A stretch of 64,000 nucleotides of DNA from Phenylobacterium sp. (lineage in GTDB: Bacteria > Pseudomonadota > Alphaproteobacteria > Caulobacterales > Caulobacteraceae): NCBI RefSeq assembly GCF_031360265.1, contig NZ_JANMBF010000116.1, forward strand, positions 3,839-67,838. Direction: 5' to 3'. The notes under the pieces are model-generated. The model did no database searches, was not told where the DNA came from, and was given only the letters and a program-made list of their open reading frames with translations. A program made the translations under genes and the position numbers. This document shows positions 9,984-19,006 of this stretch, one piece after another. Every line of letters starts with the position of its first letter. Positions within the stretch are counted from its first letter, which is position 1.

Positions 9984-10574
9984 CTATATCTGGTGAACAT
10001 GGGCCGGTCCCACGGGATACCAGGCGCCATTGGACGCCACGCCCAGCGTCGGGCCGTCGGGCGTCTGGCGTTCCGCCGCCATCTCGACGAGCTCATAGAA
10101 CACCGGCCGGGCGATCAGGGCCTCGAGCCCGCGGCGGACGTGGACATAGGGGCGCGGGGCGCCGTCCTGGCCAACCTCGACGCGGATATAGTTCTCCGGT
10201 CCCGCCTCCACCTCGTCGCCGACATTGGTCAGGAAGCGCAGGGCCGCGCCCACCCGGTCGACCCGCGTGGCGATGAACGGAGCGTCCTCCACGCTGATTT
10301 TCATCTTCTCGACGGGGGTGACCAGATGGAAGCCGTCGGGATCCCTCCGCAGCACCGTGGAGAACAGCCGCACCAGGGCCTCGCGGCCAATCGGCGTCCC
10401 CTCGTGGAACCAGAGGCCGTCCTTGCGAATGACGATGTCGATCTCGCCGCAGTGGGCCGGGTTCCACAGGTGGACCGGCGGCAGGCCCCGGCCCGGCGCC
10501 TGCCCCTTCGCCGCCAGGGATTGGGCCGCCGCCGCGATCCCCTCCAGCCCCGATCTGCCCGCTGCGTCAGCCAT
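9984..10574 (-). CDS. DUF1285 family protein
   Basis: LPPVHLWNP, DGLWFHEGTPIGR, LVTPVEK, VEDAPF; ATG at 10574. Confidence 0.85.
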   Translation of the reverse strand: MADAAGRSGLEGIAAAAQSLAAKGQAPGRGLPPVHLWNPAHCGEIDIVIRKDGLWFHEGTPIGREALVRLFSTVLRRDPDGFHLVTPVEKMKISVEDAPFIATRVDRVGAALRFLTNVGDEVEAGPENYIRVEVGQDGAPRPYVHVRRGLEALIARPVFYELVEMAAERQTPDGPTLGVASNGAWYPVGPAHVHQI

Positions 10575-10606
10575 GCCTGCCAAGGTAGGCGCGCCCGCGG
10601 TTCGCC

Positions 10607-11119
10607 TCAAGCGGCCTGCACGGGTCCGGCCAGATCCTCCGCGTCGGGGGCCAGCGTACGGACCAGGACCCGGCGTGGGTCCACCGGCCCGGGCAGCACC
10701 ACCTGGCCAGCCATCACCCGGACAAACCCCACGCGGGCGAAATAGGCAGCGTCGCCGACCAGCAGCACATGGGTCTCGCCGGCGGCCCGCGCGGCCTGGC
10801 AGGCGCGCGCGATCAAACGCGCCCCGAAGCCGGCGCTGCGCTCGCCCTGTTCCACGGCGAAAGGGCCCAGGAACATCGCCGGCCGATCGCCGACGCGCAC
10901 ATGCCATTGCCGCGCACATCCCAGCAGGCGGCCCGCCTGCCAGGCGCAGATCGACAGCTCCGGCGCGAAGGTGGCGAACTCGCGCACCCGCTCGGAGACC
11001 TTGGTGAAGCGGCCCGGCCCGAACGCGCGGTCGATCAGGGCGTCCACCAGAGGCGCGTCTTCGGCGCATTCGGATTGCAGGATGAGCGCCGGGAGCGGCG
11101 CGGCGGGCTGGACTGTCAT
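10607..11119 (-). CDS. GNAT family N-acetyltransferase
   Basis: DRAFGPGRF, LGPFAV..GERSAGFG, LVGDAAYF. Confidence 0.85.
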   Translation of the reverse strand: MTVQPAAPLPALILQSECAEDAPLVDALIDRAFGPGRFTKVSERVREFATFAPELSICAWQAGRLLGCARQWHVRVGDRPAMFLGPFAVEQGERSAGFGARLIARACQAARAAGETHVLLVGDAAYFARVGFVRVMAGQVVLPGPVDPRRVLVRTLAPDAEDLAGPVQAA

Positions 11120-11333
11120 GGGGTCTTCGCGGTGCGATGCGACAGGACCGGCGCGACACAGCGAGGCGCGAGCCGGTGGGCGGTGCGGGTCAGGCGCTTG
11201 CGCGCGGGTGTCGTCGCGAGGGCATGTCAGGGTGCTCGGCCGCCAACGTCAAGAGCGCGCAGGTAGGGCTCTGACGGCCCCGCGTCAACGCCGCCGTTGC
11301 GAGGGGTGTCAACGCAGGGCAGGTTCGCCGGCC

Positions 11334-12587
11334 ATGGCCGAACCTGTCGCCGACTTGCCGCCCCCCGCCCGCGCACTGCTGAAGGAACGCGACTACCTGC
11401 TGTTCTGGGCGTCGCGCTGGACCGGCAGCTTCGCCGCTCAGATCCAGAGCGTGGCGCTGGGCTGGCAGATGTACGCCATCGCGCGCGCCACCCGCTCGGT
11501 TGACGAAAGCGCCTTCCTGGTCGGGATGATCGGGCTGGCGGCCTTCATTCCCGTCTTCCTGCTGACCCTGCCGGCGGGCGAGACCGCCGACCGGCACAAT
11601 CGCAAGACCGTGCTGCTGGTCTGCCTGGCGGGCGAGATGGCCACGGTGCTGACCCTGGCTATCGCCAGCTGGCGGGGCTGGGCCTCGGTCCCGCTCCTGC
11701 TGGCGGTAGGGTTCCTGTTCGGCGCCGCGCGGGCGTTCTTCGCGCCGGCCTCGACGGCGCTGGGGCCGATGCTGGTGCCAAGGTCGCTGTTGCCGCGCGC
11801 CATCGCCTGGAATTCCCTGGCCTGGCAGACCGCCTCCATCGCCGGCCCGGCGATGGGCGGCGTGTTGTTGCTGTTGTCGCCGGCGCACGCCTATTTCGCC
11901 ACCCTCGGCCTCTACCTGGTCTCCGCCCTGTCGCTCGCCCTGATCCGCAAGAACGCACAGCCGGTGGTCAATCCGGGATCGCGCTGGGCGCTGATGAAGG
12001 AGGGCCTGGCCTATGTCTGGGCCCAGAAGATCGTCTTCGGCGCGATCTCGCTGGACCTCTTCGCCGTGCTGCTGGGCGGCGCGACCGCGCTCTTGCCGGT
12101 GTTCGCCCGCGACGTGCTGCAGGTGGGTCCGCAGGGGTTTGGCATCCTGCGCGCCGGCCCGGCGATCGGCGCCACGGTCGTCGCCCTGTCGCTGGCGGCG
12201 CGGCCGATCCACCGCAGGGCCGGCGTCGTGATGTTCTGGGGCGTCGCGGTGTTCGGACTGGCGACCTGCGCCTTCGCCCTGTCGCGATCCCTCTGGCTGT
12301 CGGTGGCGGCGCTGGCCGTGCTGGGCGGCGCCGATATGCTCAGCGTCTATGTCCGCCAGACCCTGGTCCAGCTGGTCACGCCTGACGCCATGCGCGGGCG
12401 GGTGGCGGCGGTGTCGTCGGTGTTCATCGGCGCCTCCAACGAACTGGGCGAGTTCGAAAGCGGGGTGGTCGCCCGGTTCCTGGGTCCCGTGGGCGCGGCG
12501 CTGTTCGGCGGGATCGGCGCCCTGATCGTCACCGGCGCCTGGGCCGGCCTGTTTCCCGCCTTGCGCAAGGCCGACCGCCTCGAATAA
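11334..12587 (+). CDS. MFS transporter
   Basis: About 12 TM segments, ADRHNRK loop, DLFAVLLGGATALLP; ATG at 11334. Confidence 0.9.
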   Translation: MAEPVADLPPPARALLKERDYLLFWASRWTGSFAAQIQSVALGWQMYAIARATRSVDESAFLVGMIGLAAFIPVFLLTLPAGETADRHNRKTVLLVCLAGEMATVLTLAIASWRGWASVPLLLAVGFLFGAARAFFAPASTALGPMLVPRSLLPRAIAWNSLAWQTASIAGPAMGGVLLLLSPAHAYFATLGLYLVSALSLALIRKNAQPVVNPGSRWALMKEGLAYVWAQKIVFGAISLDLFAVLLGGATALLPVFARDVLQVGPQGFGILRAGPAIGATVVALSLAARPIHRRAGVVMFWGVAVFGLATCAFALSRSLWLSVAALAVLGGADMLSVYVRQTLVQLVTPDAMRGRVAAVSSVFIGASNELGEFESGVVARFLGPVGAALFGGIGALIVTGAWAGLFPALRKADRLE

Positions 12588-12620
12588 CTGTCGCCCTATA
12601 AGGTTGAGGGAGATAATTCG

Positions 12621-13547
12621 ATGGGCGCATTGGACGGTAAGGTTGTCCTGGTCACGGGCGGCGGCAACGGCATCGGGCGCGACTGTGCGCTGATCGCCGC
12701 GCAAGAGGGCGCGAAGGTCGTGGTCAACGACCTGGGCGCCGGCCTCAAGGGCGATGACGAGGGCTCCGCCGGGCCGGCCGAAAAGGTCGCTCAGGAAATC
12801 CGCGCCGCCGGCGGCGAGGCGGTCTCCAACTCCGACAGTGTGACCAACCTCGACGCGGTCTACGGCATGGTCGAGCAGGCCAAGAAGGCCTTCGGCGGCC
12901 TGCACGCCGTCATCAATCCGGCCGGGATCCTGCGCGACGTGATGTTCCACAAGATGACCGAGCGCGACTGGGACCAGGTGATCGAGGTCCACATGCGTGG
13001 TTCGTTCAATGTCGCCCGCGCCACCATCGAGCTGTTCCGCGAGCAGAACGACGGCGCCTATATGTTCTTCACCTCGACCAGCGGCCTGTTCGGCAACATC
13101 GGCCAGGCCAACTATGGCGCCGCCAAGATGGGGATCGCCGGCCTCAGCCGCATCATCGCCATGGAAGGCGCGCGCAACAACGTGCGCGCCAACTGCCTGG
13201 CGCCGGTCGCCTGGACGCGGATGACCCAGTCGGTGCCGATCAAGGACGAAGCCGCCGCCGCCCGCCGCGCGGTGATGGCCGAGAAGATCCGCGCCGACCA
13301 GCCGGCCCGCTTCTCCGTCGCCATGGTGACGCCGGCCGCGGCGAACGTCTCGGGCCAGATCTTCGGCTCGTCGGGCGAGAACATCATCCTCTATTCCCAG
13401 CCCCGCCCCATCGAGACGGTGACCAAGGAAGAGGGCTGGACGGTCGCCACCATCCTCTCCGAAGCCGTGCCGAAGATGGCCCCGAAATTCTTCGACCTCA
13501 ACCGCGCGCCCATGGCCGGCGCGCAACCGGCCAAGGCGCCGGCCTAG
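12621..13547 (+). CDS. SDR oxidoreductase (3-hydroxyacyl-CoA dehydrogenase-like)
   Basis: TGGGNGIG, VVVNDLG, YGAAK. Confidence 0.9.
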   Translation: MGALDGKVVLVTGGGNGIGRDCALIAAQEGAKVVVNDLGAGLKGDDEGSAGPAEKVAQEIRAAGGEAVSNSDSVTNLDAVYGMVEQAKKAFGGLHAVINPAGILRDVMFHKMTERDWDQVIEVHMRGSFNVARATIELFREQNDGAYMFFTSTSGLFGNIGQANYGAAKMGIAGLSRIIAMEGARNNVRANCLAPVAWTRMTQSVPIKDEAAAARRAVMAEKIRADQPARFSVAMVTPAAANVSGQIFGSSGENIILYSQPRPIETVTKEEGWTVATILSEAVPKMAPKFFDLNRAPMAGAQPAKAPA

Positions 13548-13783
13548 GGGTTCACGCCGGTCATGGCGTGAGGCGCAGGCCCACCGGTCTCGGGGCGTGG
13601 CGATGGCCTGGAGGGTCTGCTGTCAGGTCCGCGAATTCGCCTCTCAGGTGAACCCGCTTGCCGCGGCAATGATGGACAAGGTTAATGCATAACGTAGTTC
13701 TTCGGGGTGGCCTGAACTTGGCGACCCGCATTGTCTGAAATTGGAATATCCGTCTCCACGACCCTAGAATTCGGAGCCCGCCA

Positions 13784-14479
13784 ATGAATTCGAGAACCCT
13801 TTCCGTGGCGCTCTGCGCCCTTACCGCGTCCATCGCGCTTTCCGCGACCGGCGCCGGGGCCGTTGGCATCGTCAACGGGGGCTTTGAGGCGGACGCCGCC
13901 AGCGTGCCCGCGAGCGGCGTCTATTTCGGGGCGATCACCGGCTGGAACTCGCCAGGCTACCTGATTTCGGCGGGCTACTACAGCGCGACGCCTCCGGAGG
14001 GCCGGATCTTCGCGCTCCTGGGCAACGGGATCGACACCGGGGGCTATCACCTGTCGCAGACGATCACCGGCCTGACGTCGGGCAGCCGCTACACCGTGCA
14101 GTTTTCGCTGGCCAGTGAGGACTTTGTCATTCCCGGCACGATCGAGCAGGTCAACGTCTGGATGTCCGCCGGTTCGACGTCAGCATCACAACTCTACAGC
14201 GCGCCGGTGAGCTCCAACACGACGCCCTATGGCTCGGGGCCGCTTTGGGATCATTGGGGGGTGTTCAACTACAGCTTCCTCGCCAACGCGGCCAGCGCGA
14301 CGATCGATTTCCAGCAGACGGCGGCCACCCGCGGGTCTGGGGACACCGGTCTCGACAAGCTGTCGATCTTCGCCGCCTCGGGCGGTGTGCCGGAACCCGG
14401 GTCCTGGGCCCTGATGCTCATTGGCTTCGGCGCTCTGGGCGCGACCCTGCGCCGTCGCCGGGCGATGGTCGCGGCCTAA
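13784..14479 (+). CDS. PEP-CTERM (PEPxxWA) exosortase-target surface protein
   Basis: Signal peptide, NGGFE-type beta domain, C-terminal VPEPGSWALMLIGFGALGATLRRRR. Confidence 0.9.
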   Translation: MNSRTLSVALCALTASIALSATGAGAVGIVNGGFEADAASVPASGVYFGAITGWNSPGYLISAGYYSATPPEGRIFALLGNGIDTGGYHLSQTITGLTSGSRYTVQFSLASEDFVIPGTIEQVNVWMSAGSTSASQLYSAPVSSNTTPYGSGPLWDHWGVFNYSFLANAASATIDFQQTAATRGSGDTGLDKLSIFAASGGVPEPGSWALMLIGFGALGATLRRRRAMVAA

Positions 14480-14490
14480 ACCATTCAGGA

Positions 14491-15363
14491 TCAGGTCGTC
14501 GTCGGCCGCAGGTCCAGGCCGGACAAAGCGAGGAACCGATCAAAATAGACGGTGTCGTCCAGGGTGTCGTTCATGCCGATCCACGCCTCGTCGGTCATGC
14601 TGGCGCGCAGGCCGAGGAACGGCTCCGCATCGGGGCCGGAGGGGGTGCGAAACCGGGTGGTCCGGCCTTCGACGATCTCCAGCATGGTCTCGGCGACGAC
14701 CGTGGGCGGCGGTCCGGAGTCCGGCGTGGCGGTGTAGAAGGCGCGCATCCTGCCGCCATGCGGATAGGGACTGCCGGCCTTCGGTTTCGGCAGATTGGCC
14801 AGGGTCATCGGCGTGGCGATGATTCCCGGCTCGACCAGGACAACGCGGACGCCGAAGGCGGACATTTCCGCGGCCAGGGATTCGCTCATCCCTTCGACCG
14901 CGAATTTCGACGCGGCATAGGCGCCTGAGCCGGCGGCCGCGATGCGTCCGGCGATCGATGAGACGTTGATGATCAGGCCGGCGCGGCGGGCGCGCATCGC
15001 GGGCGCGACCGCCTTGATGCAGCGCAGCGCGCCGAAATAGTTGGTGTTCATGACCTCTTGGAACCGGGCCAGGGTCTCATCCTCGACCGCGTCGATGCTG
15101 TAGATGCCGGCGTTGTTGATCAGCACGTCGATACTGTCCGCCGCGCCCGGCCCCGTCGCGAACAGCCTGGCGACAGACGCATCGTCGTCGACATCCAGCT
15201 CGGCGACCGTGATCGGCAGGCCCTCGCGCGCCGCGATCTCGGCAAGGTCGCAGTCCTTAGGCGTTCGCATCGCCGCGACCACGGCGTGCCCGGCCCGCGC
15301 CAGCACCAGGGCGGTTTCCCGGCCGATCCCCTTGCTCGCGCCCGTGATGAGTGTTTTCGCCAT
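14491..15363 (-). CDS. SDR oxidoreductase
   Basis: TGASKGIG, NNAG, YAASK; ATG at 15363. Confidence 0.88.
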   Translation of the reverse strand: MAKTLITGASKGIGRETALVLARAGHAVVAAMRTPKDCDLAEIAAREGLPITVAELDVDDDASVARLFATGPGAADSIDVLINNAGIYSIDAVEDETLARFQEVMNTNYFGALRCIKAVAPAMRARRAGLIINVSSIAGRIAAAGSGAYAASKFAVEGMSESLAAEMSAFGVRVVLVEPGIIATPMTLANLPKPKAGSPYPHGGRMRAFYTATPDSGPPPTVVAETMLEIVEGRTTRFRTPSGPDAEPFLGLRASMTDEAWIGMNDTLDDTVYFDRFLALSGLDLRPTTT

Positions 15364-15455
15364 GCCAGCCTCCCCGATGCCTGCCGCCGATAGGCACACG
15401 CGGCCGCGGCGAGTCAAATCCAGGCGCTGAAGGGATCCGCCGCCGCGGGCGACGC

Positions 15456-15935
15456 TCAGCCCGCAGCCAGCCGCTCCAATGCCTGCCCGTCGAGCCGCCG
15501 CACCGTCCAGCCGGTCTTCGCCGCGGCGCCCAGGCTGTCGTAGAACTCGATCGACGGCGTGTTCCAGTCGAGCACCGACCACTCCAGCCGGCCAAGGTCG
15601 GCCTCGACGCAGCGCTGGGCGAGCCGCGCCAGCAGCGCCTTGCCGGCCCCGAGGCCGCGGGCGTCCGGCTCGACGAACAGGTCCTCCAGGAAGATCCCCG
15701 CGCGGCCCTGGAAGGTCGAATAGCTGTAGTACCAGAGCGCGAAGCCCACGGGCCGGCCGCCCGCCTCGGCGATGTCGCAGAAGCAGCGCGGGTTCTCACC
15801 GAACAGGTCGCGGCGGATGTCGGCCTCGGTGGCCTCCACCTCGTGCAGCAGCTTCTCGTAGGTCGCCAGATCGCGGATGAACCCCAGGATCAGCGAGACG
15901 TCGGTCGGCGAGGCGACCCGGACTGTCACCTTCAT
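15456..15935 (-). CDS. GNAT N-acetyltransferase (diamine acetyltransferase-like)
   Basis: STFQGRAGIFLEDLFV, RGLGAGKALL, WSVLDWN; ATG at 15935. Confidence 0.88.
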   Translation of the reverse strand: MKVTVRVASPTDVSLILGFIRDLATYEKLLHEVEATEADIRRDLFGENPRCFCDIAEAGGRPVGFALWYYSYSTFQGRAGIFLEDLFVEPDARGLGAGKALLARLAQRCVEADLGRLEWSVLDWNTPSIEFYDSLGAAAKTGWTVRRLDGQALERLAAG

Positions 15936-16807
15936 GCGGGCGCGGATCCGCCTGCGATGACCACCCCGGGCGGCGGCGGAATGCTGTCGGGGACGAAGAA
16001 GTCGGGCATCAGCGGCTGGGTGGGATCGACGCGGTACCTGTCGAAATCCCGCGTCCCCTCCGCATAGAGGAACGTGTCGTCGATCAGGAAATTGCCGGTG
16101 AACGCGCGCGCCGGCTTCTCGAAGATCGCGTGCGCCGCATCGGCCATGATCTCCACCGTGCGGCAGCGCGCCATGCCCTCGTCGCCGGCCAGCGCGAACT
16201 TGATCGCCGCGGTGGCGATGCCGGTGCGCGGCCACAGCGCGTTGAAGGCGATGCCGTCGGCCTTGAACTCCGCAGCCATGCCCAGCACGCACAGGCTCAT
16301 GCCGAACTTGGCCATGCTGTAGGCAGTGTGGCCGGCGAACCACCTGGCGTCCATATCGAGCGGCGGCGACAGCATCAGCACGTGCGGGTTGGCGCTGCGC
16401 TTGAGGTGCGGGATGCAGGCCTTCGAGGTGAGATAGGTCCCGCGCGCGTTCACCTGGTTCATCAGGTCGTAGCGCTTCATGTCGGTGGCCAGCGTGCCGG
16501 TCAGCTGGATCGCCGAGGCGTTGTTGACGCAGATGTCGATGCCGCCGAAGCGTTGCACCGCCTGTTCGACCGCCGCCATCACCGAGGCTTCCTCGCGCAC
16601 ATCGACGATCAGCGGCAGGGCTTTGCCGCCAGCCTTCTCGATCTCCTCGGCGGCGGAATAGATGGTGCCGGGCAGGTGTTTGTGGGCCTCGGCGGTCTTG
16701 GCGGCGACCACGATATTGGCCCCGTCGCGGGCGGCCCGCAGAGCGATGGCCAGGCCGATGCCGCGACTAGCGCCGGTGACGAAAAGGGTCTTGCCTGACA
16801 GGCTCAT
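15932..16807 (-). CDS. SDR oxidoreductase (HSDL2/citronellol dehydrogenase-like)
   Basis: TGASRGIG, NNASAI, LSPPL, YSMAKFG, NALWP. Confidence 0.88.
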   Translation of the reverse strand: MSLSGKTLFVTGASRGIGLAIALRAARDGANIVVAAKTAEAHKHLPGTIYSAAEEIEKAGGKALPLIVDVREEASVMAAVEQAVQRFGGIDICVNNASAIQLTGTLATDMKRYDLMNQVNARGTYLTSKACIPHLKRSANPHVLMLSPPLDMDARWFAGHTAYSMAKFGMSLCVLGMAAEFKADGIAFNALWPRTGIATAAIKFALAGDEGMARCRTVEIMADAAHAIFEKPARAFTGNFLIDDTFLYAEGTRDFDRYRVDPTQPLMPDFFVPDSIPPPPGVVIAGGSAPA

Positions 16808-17766
16808 AGCTTGGCTCCCGTGGTCTCTTCCGACAGCGCCCAGAGCCGGTCGGCGGCGTCCGGGTCGAGCGCGTGCGGCGCGACGCCGAAGCGGTCGCCC
16901 GGCTTGAAGGTCTCCGCCTGCGCCAGGTTCTCCAGATAGAGTCCGCCGACGCCTTCGAGTTCATCTCCAGTGGCAGCCCAGACGCTGGTCGAGGCGCCCT
17001 GCGCCGGCGTCTTGAAGCCGGTGGCGATGACGCCCGCCTCGTCCATCCAGCCCATGGCGATCATCTCTTCCCGGGGGAGGTGCCGCTGCAAGGGCGTCAT
17101 GATCCCGCCCGGCATGACGGCGTTGGCGGTGACGCCCAGGTCGGCGAACCGCTGTTGGAAGCCCACGGCGAACAGGGCATTGGCGGTCTTTGACTGCCCA
17201 TAGGCCTGCCACTTCTCGTATGGGCGCGTGCGATAGTGCGGATCATCGAAGTCCATGGCGCTGCGCAGGTGGGCGATCGACGACAGCGAGACCAGCCGCG
17301 CGCCGCGACCTTCCTCGGCGCCGTTCATCAACGCCCGGGCCAGGCCCATGCCCAGGGCGAAGTGACCGAAGTGGTTGGTTCCGAGCTGCATCTCCAGATC
17401 ATCGGCGGTGTAGGTCAGCGGGCAGGCCATGACGCCGGCGTTGTTGATCAGCATGTGCAGGGGACGGTCGCCCCAGCCGGTGGCGAAGGCGGCCACGGTC
17501 GCCAGGTCCGACAGGTCCAGCACACCGACACTGACGCGTGGCGTTCCCAGTTCGCCATTGATCAGAGCGGCGGCGGCCTCGCCGGCGGGCTTGTTGCGCA
17601 CGGCGACCACCACATCGGCGCCGGCGCCGGCCAGGGCGCGGACGGTCTCGATGCCGATGCCGGTCGCCCCGCCGGTGACGATGGCGGTCCGGCCGGAGAG
17701 ATCCTTGCCGTCCAGCACCACGGCGGCGTCGGTATAGGGGTCGAGCCCCGAGGTGATGCGGGTCAT
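16804..17766 (-). CDS. SDR oxidoreductase (retinol dehydrogenase-like)
   Basis: TGGATGIG, NNAGVM, TNHFGHF, YGQSK. Confidence 0.88.
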   Translation of the reverse strand: MTRITSGLDPYTDAAVVLDGKDLSGRTAIVTGGATGIGIETVRALAGAGADVVVAVRNKPAGEAAAALINGELGTPRVSVGVLDLSDLATVAAFATGWGDRPLHMLINNAGVMACPLTYTADDLEMQLGTNHFGHFALGMGLARALMNGAEEGRGARLVSLSSIAHLRSAMDFDDPHYRTRPYEKWQAYGQSKTANALFAVGFQQRFADLGVTANAVMPGGIMTPLQRHLPREEMIAMGWMDEAGVIATGFKTPAQGASTSVWAATGDELEGVGGLYLENLAQAETFKPGDRFGVAPHALDPDAADRLWALSEETTGAKL

Positions 17767-17802
17767 GCGGGTTCGCCTTGCGGATTCTTACAGCGTAAGT
17801 CT

Positions 17803-18933
17803 CTAGGCCGCCGCCCGGTACCAGTCGATGCCGTTTTCATCGCGGGTTCGCACCGCCCGGCCGCGCGCCAGGAGGCAGTTGAGGTGGGCTAGGCTTTCGC
17901 CGGTGGCCAGGCCCAGCAGGTTCTGATCGATTGTGCGTCGGAATAGCACGTGGAAGACGTCCACCACGCGCCTGGGCTCGGCGATCAGGGCCTGCAGGCG
18001 CGCAAGCCCGCGTTCGTGCCCGCCGATCAGGTGGTCGATGCGCGCGTGCAGGCCGTGGAACGGATCGTTGTGCGCCGGCAGCACCAGCACGTCATCGGGG
18101 ATCTTGGTGCGGATCCGCGCCAGCGAGGTCAGCCAGTCGGTCAGCGGATCGCCGTCGGGCTCGGTGGGGAACACCGAGACATTGGAGGATATTTTCGGCA
18201 GCACCTGATCGCCGCTGATCATCAGCTGCAGCTCGGGGCAGTGCAGGCAGGCGTGCTCGGGGCTGTGGCCGGAGCCCACCACGATGCGCCACAGCTTTCC
18301 GCCTATGACGATCTCGTCGCCGTCGTTCAGCCGGTGGTAGCTGTCGGGCAGGGCGTGCAAGCCCCGCCCAAACCCGCCGAAGCGGGCCTTGTAGTGCTCG
18401 ACCGCATCGTCATCCCAGCCGGCGGCGCGGAAGAACCGCACGGCGTCCTCCGGCGCCTCGCGCCCGGTGTCGGCCGACAGCGAGCGGCAGGTCAGATATT
18501 CCAGCCGGGTGATCCACAGCTTGGCGTCGAACTTGCGGGTCAGATAGCCGGACATGCCGATGTGGTCGGGGTGCATGTGGGTGACGAACACCCGGCTGAC
18601 GGGCTTGCCGGCCAGCGGTCCCTGGAACGCGGCGCGCCAGGCGTCGCGCGTCGCCGTCCCGCCCATGCCGGTGTCGACGATGGCCCAGCCGTCCGCCTCC
18701 TCGATCGCCCAGACGTTGATGAACCCCAGCGCACCGCCCAGCGGCATGCGCAGCCACTTAACCCCCGGCGCCACATCCAGCGCCGCGCCGCCGATCTTCG
18801 GCGCCTGCTCGAAGGGATAGGTGAGCTTCGGCCGCGGATGCTCCGCGAAGGTCTGTTCAATGCCGTCCCGCAAAATCCGCTCCCAAGGTTGAGCCCCATC
18901 TTCGGCCGCCCGGGCCGTCAGGGCAAACCCCAT
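17803..18933 (-). CDS. Metallo-beta-lactamase fold hydrolase
   Basis: THMHPDH motif, GHSPEH, GDQVLP; true start possibly TTG at 18873. Confidence 0.88.
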   Translation of the reverse strand: MGFALTARAAEDGAQPWERILRDGIEQTFAEHPRPKLTYPFEQAPKIGGAALDVAPGVKWLRMPLGGALGFINVWAIEEADGWAIVDTGMGGTATRDAWRAAFQGPLAGKPVSRVFVTHMHPDHIGMSGYLTRKFDAKLWITRLEYLTCRSLSADTGREAPEDAVRFFRAAGWDDDAVEHYKARFGGFGRGLHALPDSYHRLNDGDEIVIGGKLWRIVVGSGHSPEHACLHCPELQLMISGDQVLPKISSNVSVFPTEPDGDPLTDWLTSLARIRTKIPDDVLVLPAHNDPFHGLHARIDHLIGGHERGLARLQALIAEPRRVVDVFHVLFRRTIDQNLLGLATGESLAHLNCLLARGRAVRTRDENGIDWYRAAA

Positions 18934-19006
18934 CGGCGTGAGGACGCTCGCTTGCCGGGAGGCGGTGGGGCTGAAATAGTCCGCGCCACGCTATCGGGGG
19001 TCACTC

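Noticed and set aside
11190-11226. Arg-rich mini-ORF MPSRRHPRASA as a leader peptide for the GNAT gene
   Set aside because: No SD, its ATG overlaps the probable -10 of a TTGACG promoter, and the pairings are only 6 bp in GC-rich DNA
11190-13526. Long antisense or overlapping ORFs in the track (e.g. 11190-13526, 24849-26621, 27733-29790, 35598-37286, 37852-39207, 48251-50098, 59617-61116)
   Set aside because: They are shadows of motif-bearing genes on the other strand or frame, expected at this GC content, with Arg/Gly/Pro-rich translations and no family motifs
13607-13650. Glycine-riboswitch-like words (CTGGAG, CTCTCAGGT)
   Set aside because: The central CCGAAG element and the flanking stems are missing
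13731-13748. Sigma54 promoter upstream of the PEP-CTERM gene
   Set aside because: TGGCGA is present, but the -12 GC is absent at the required spacing
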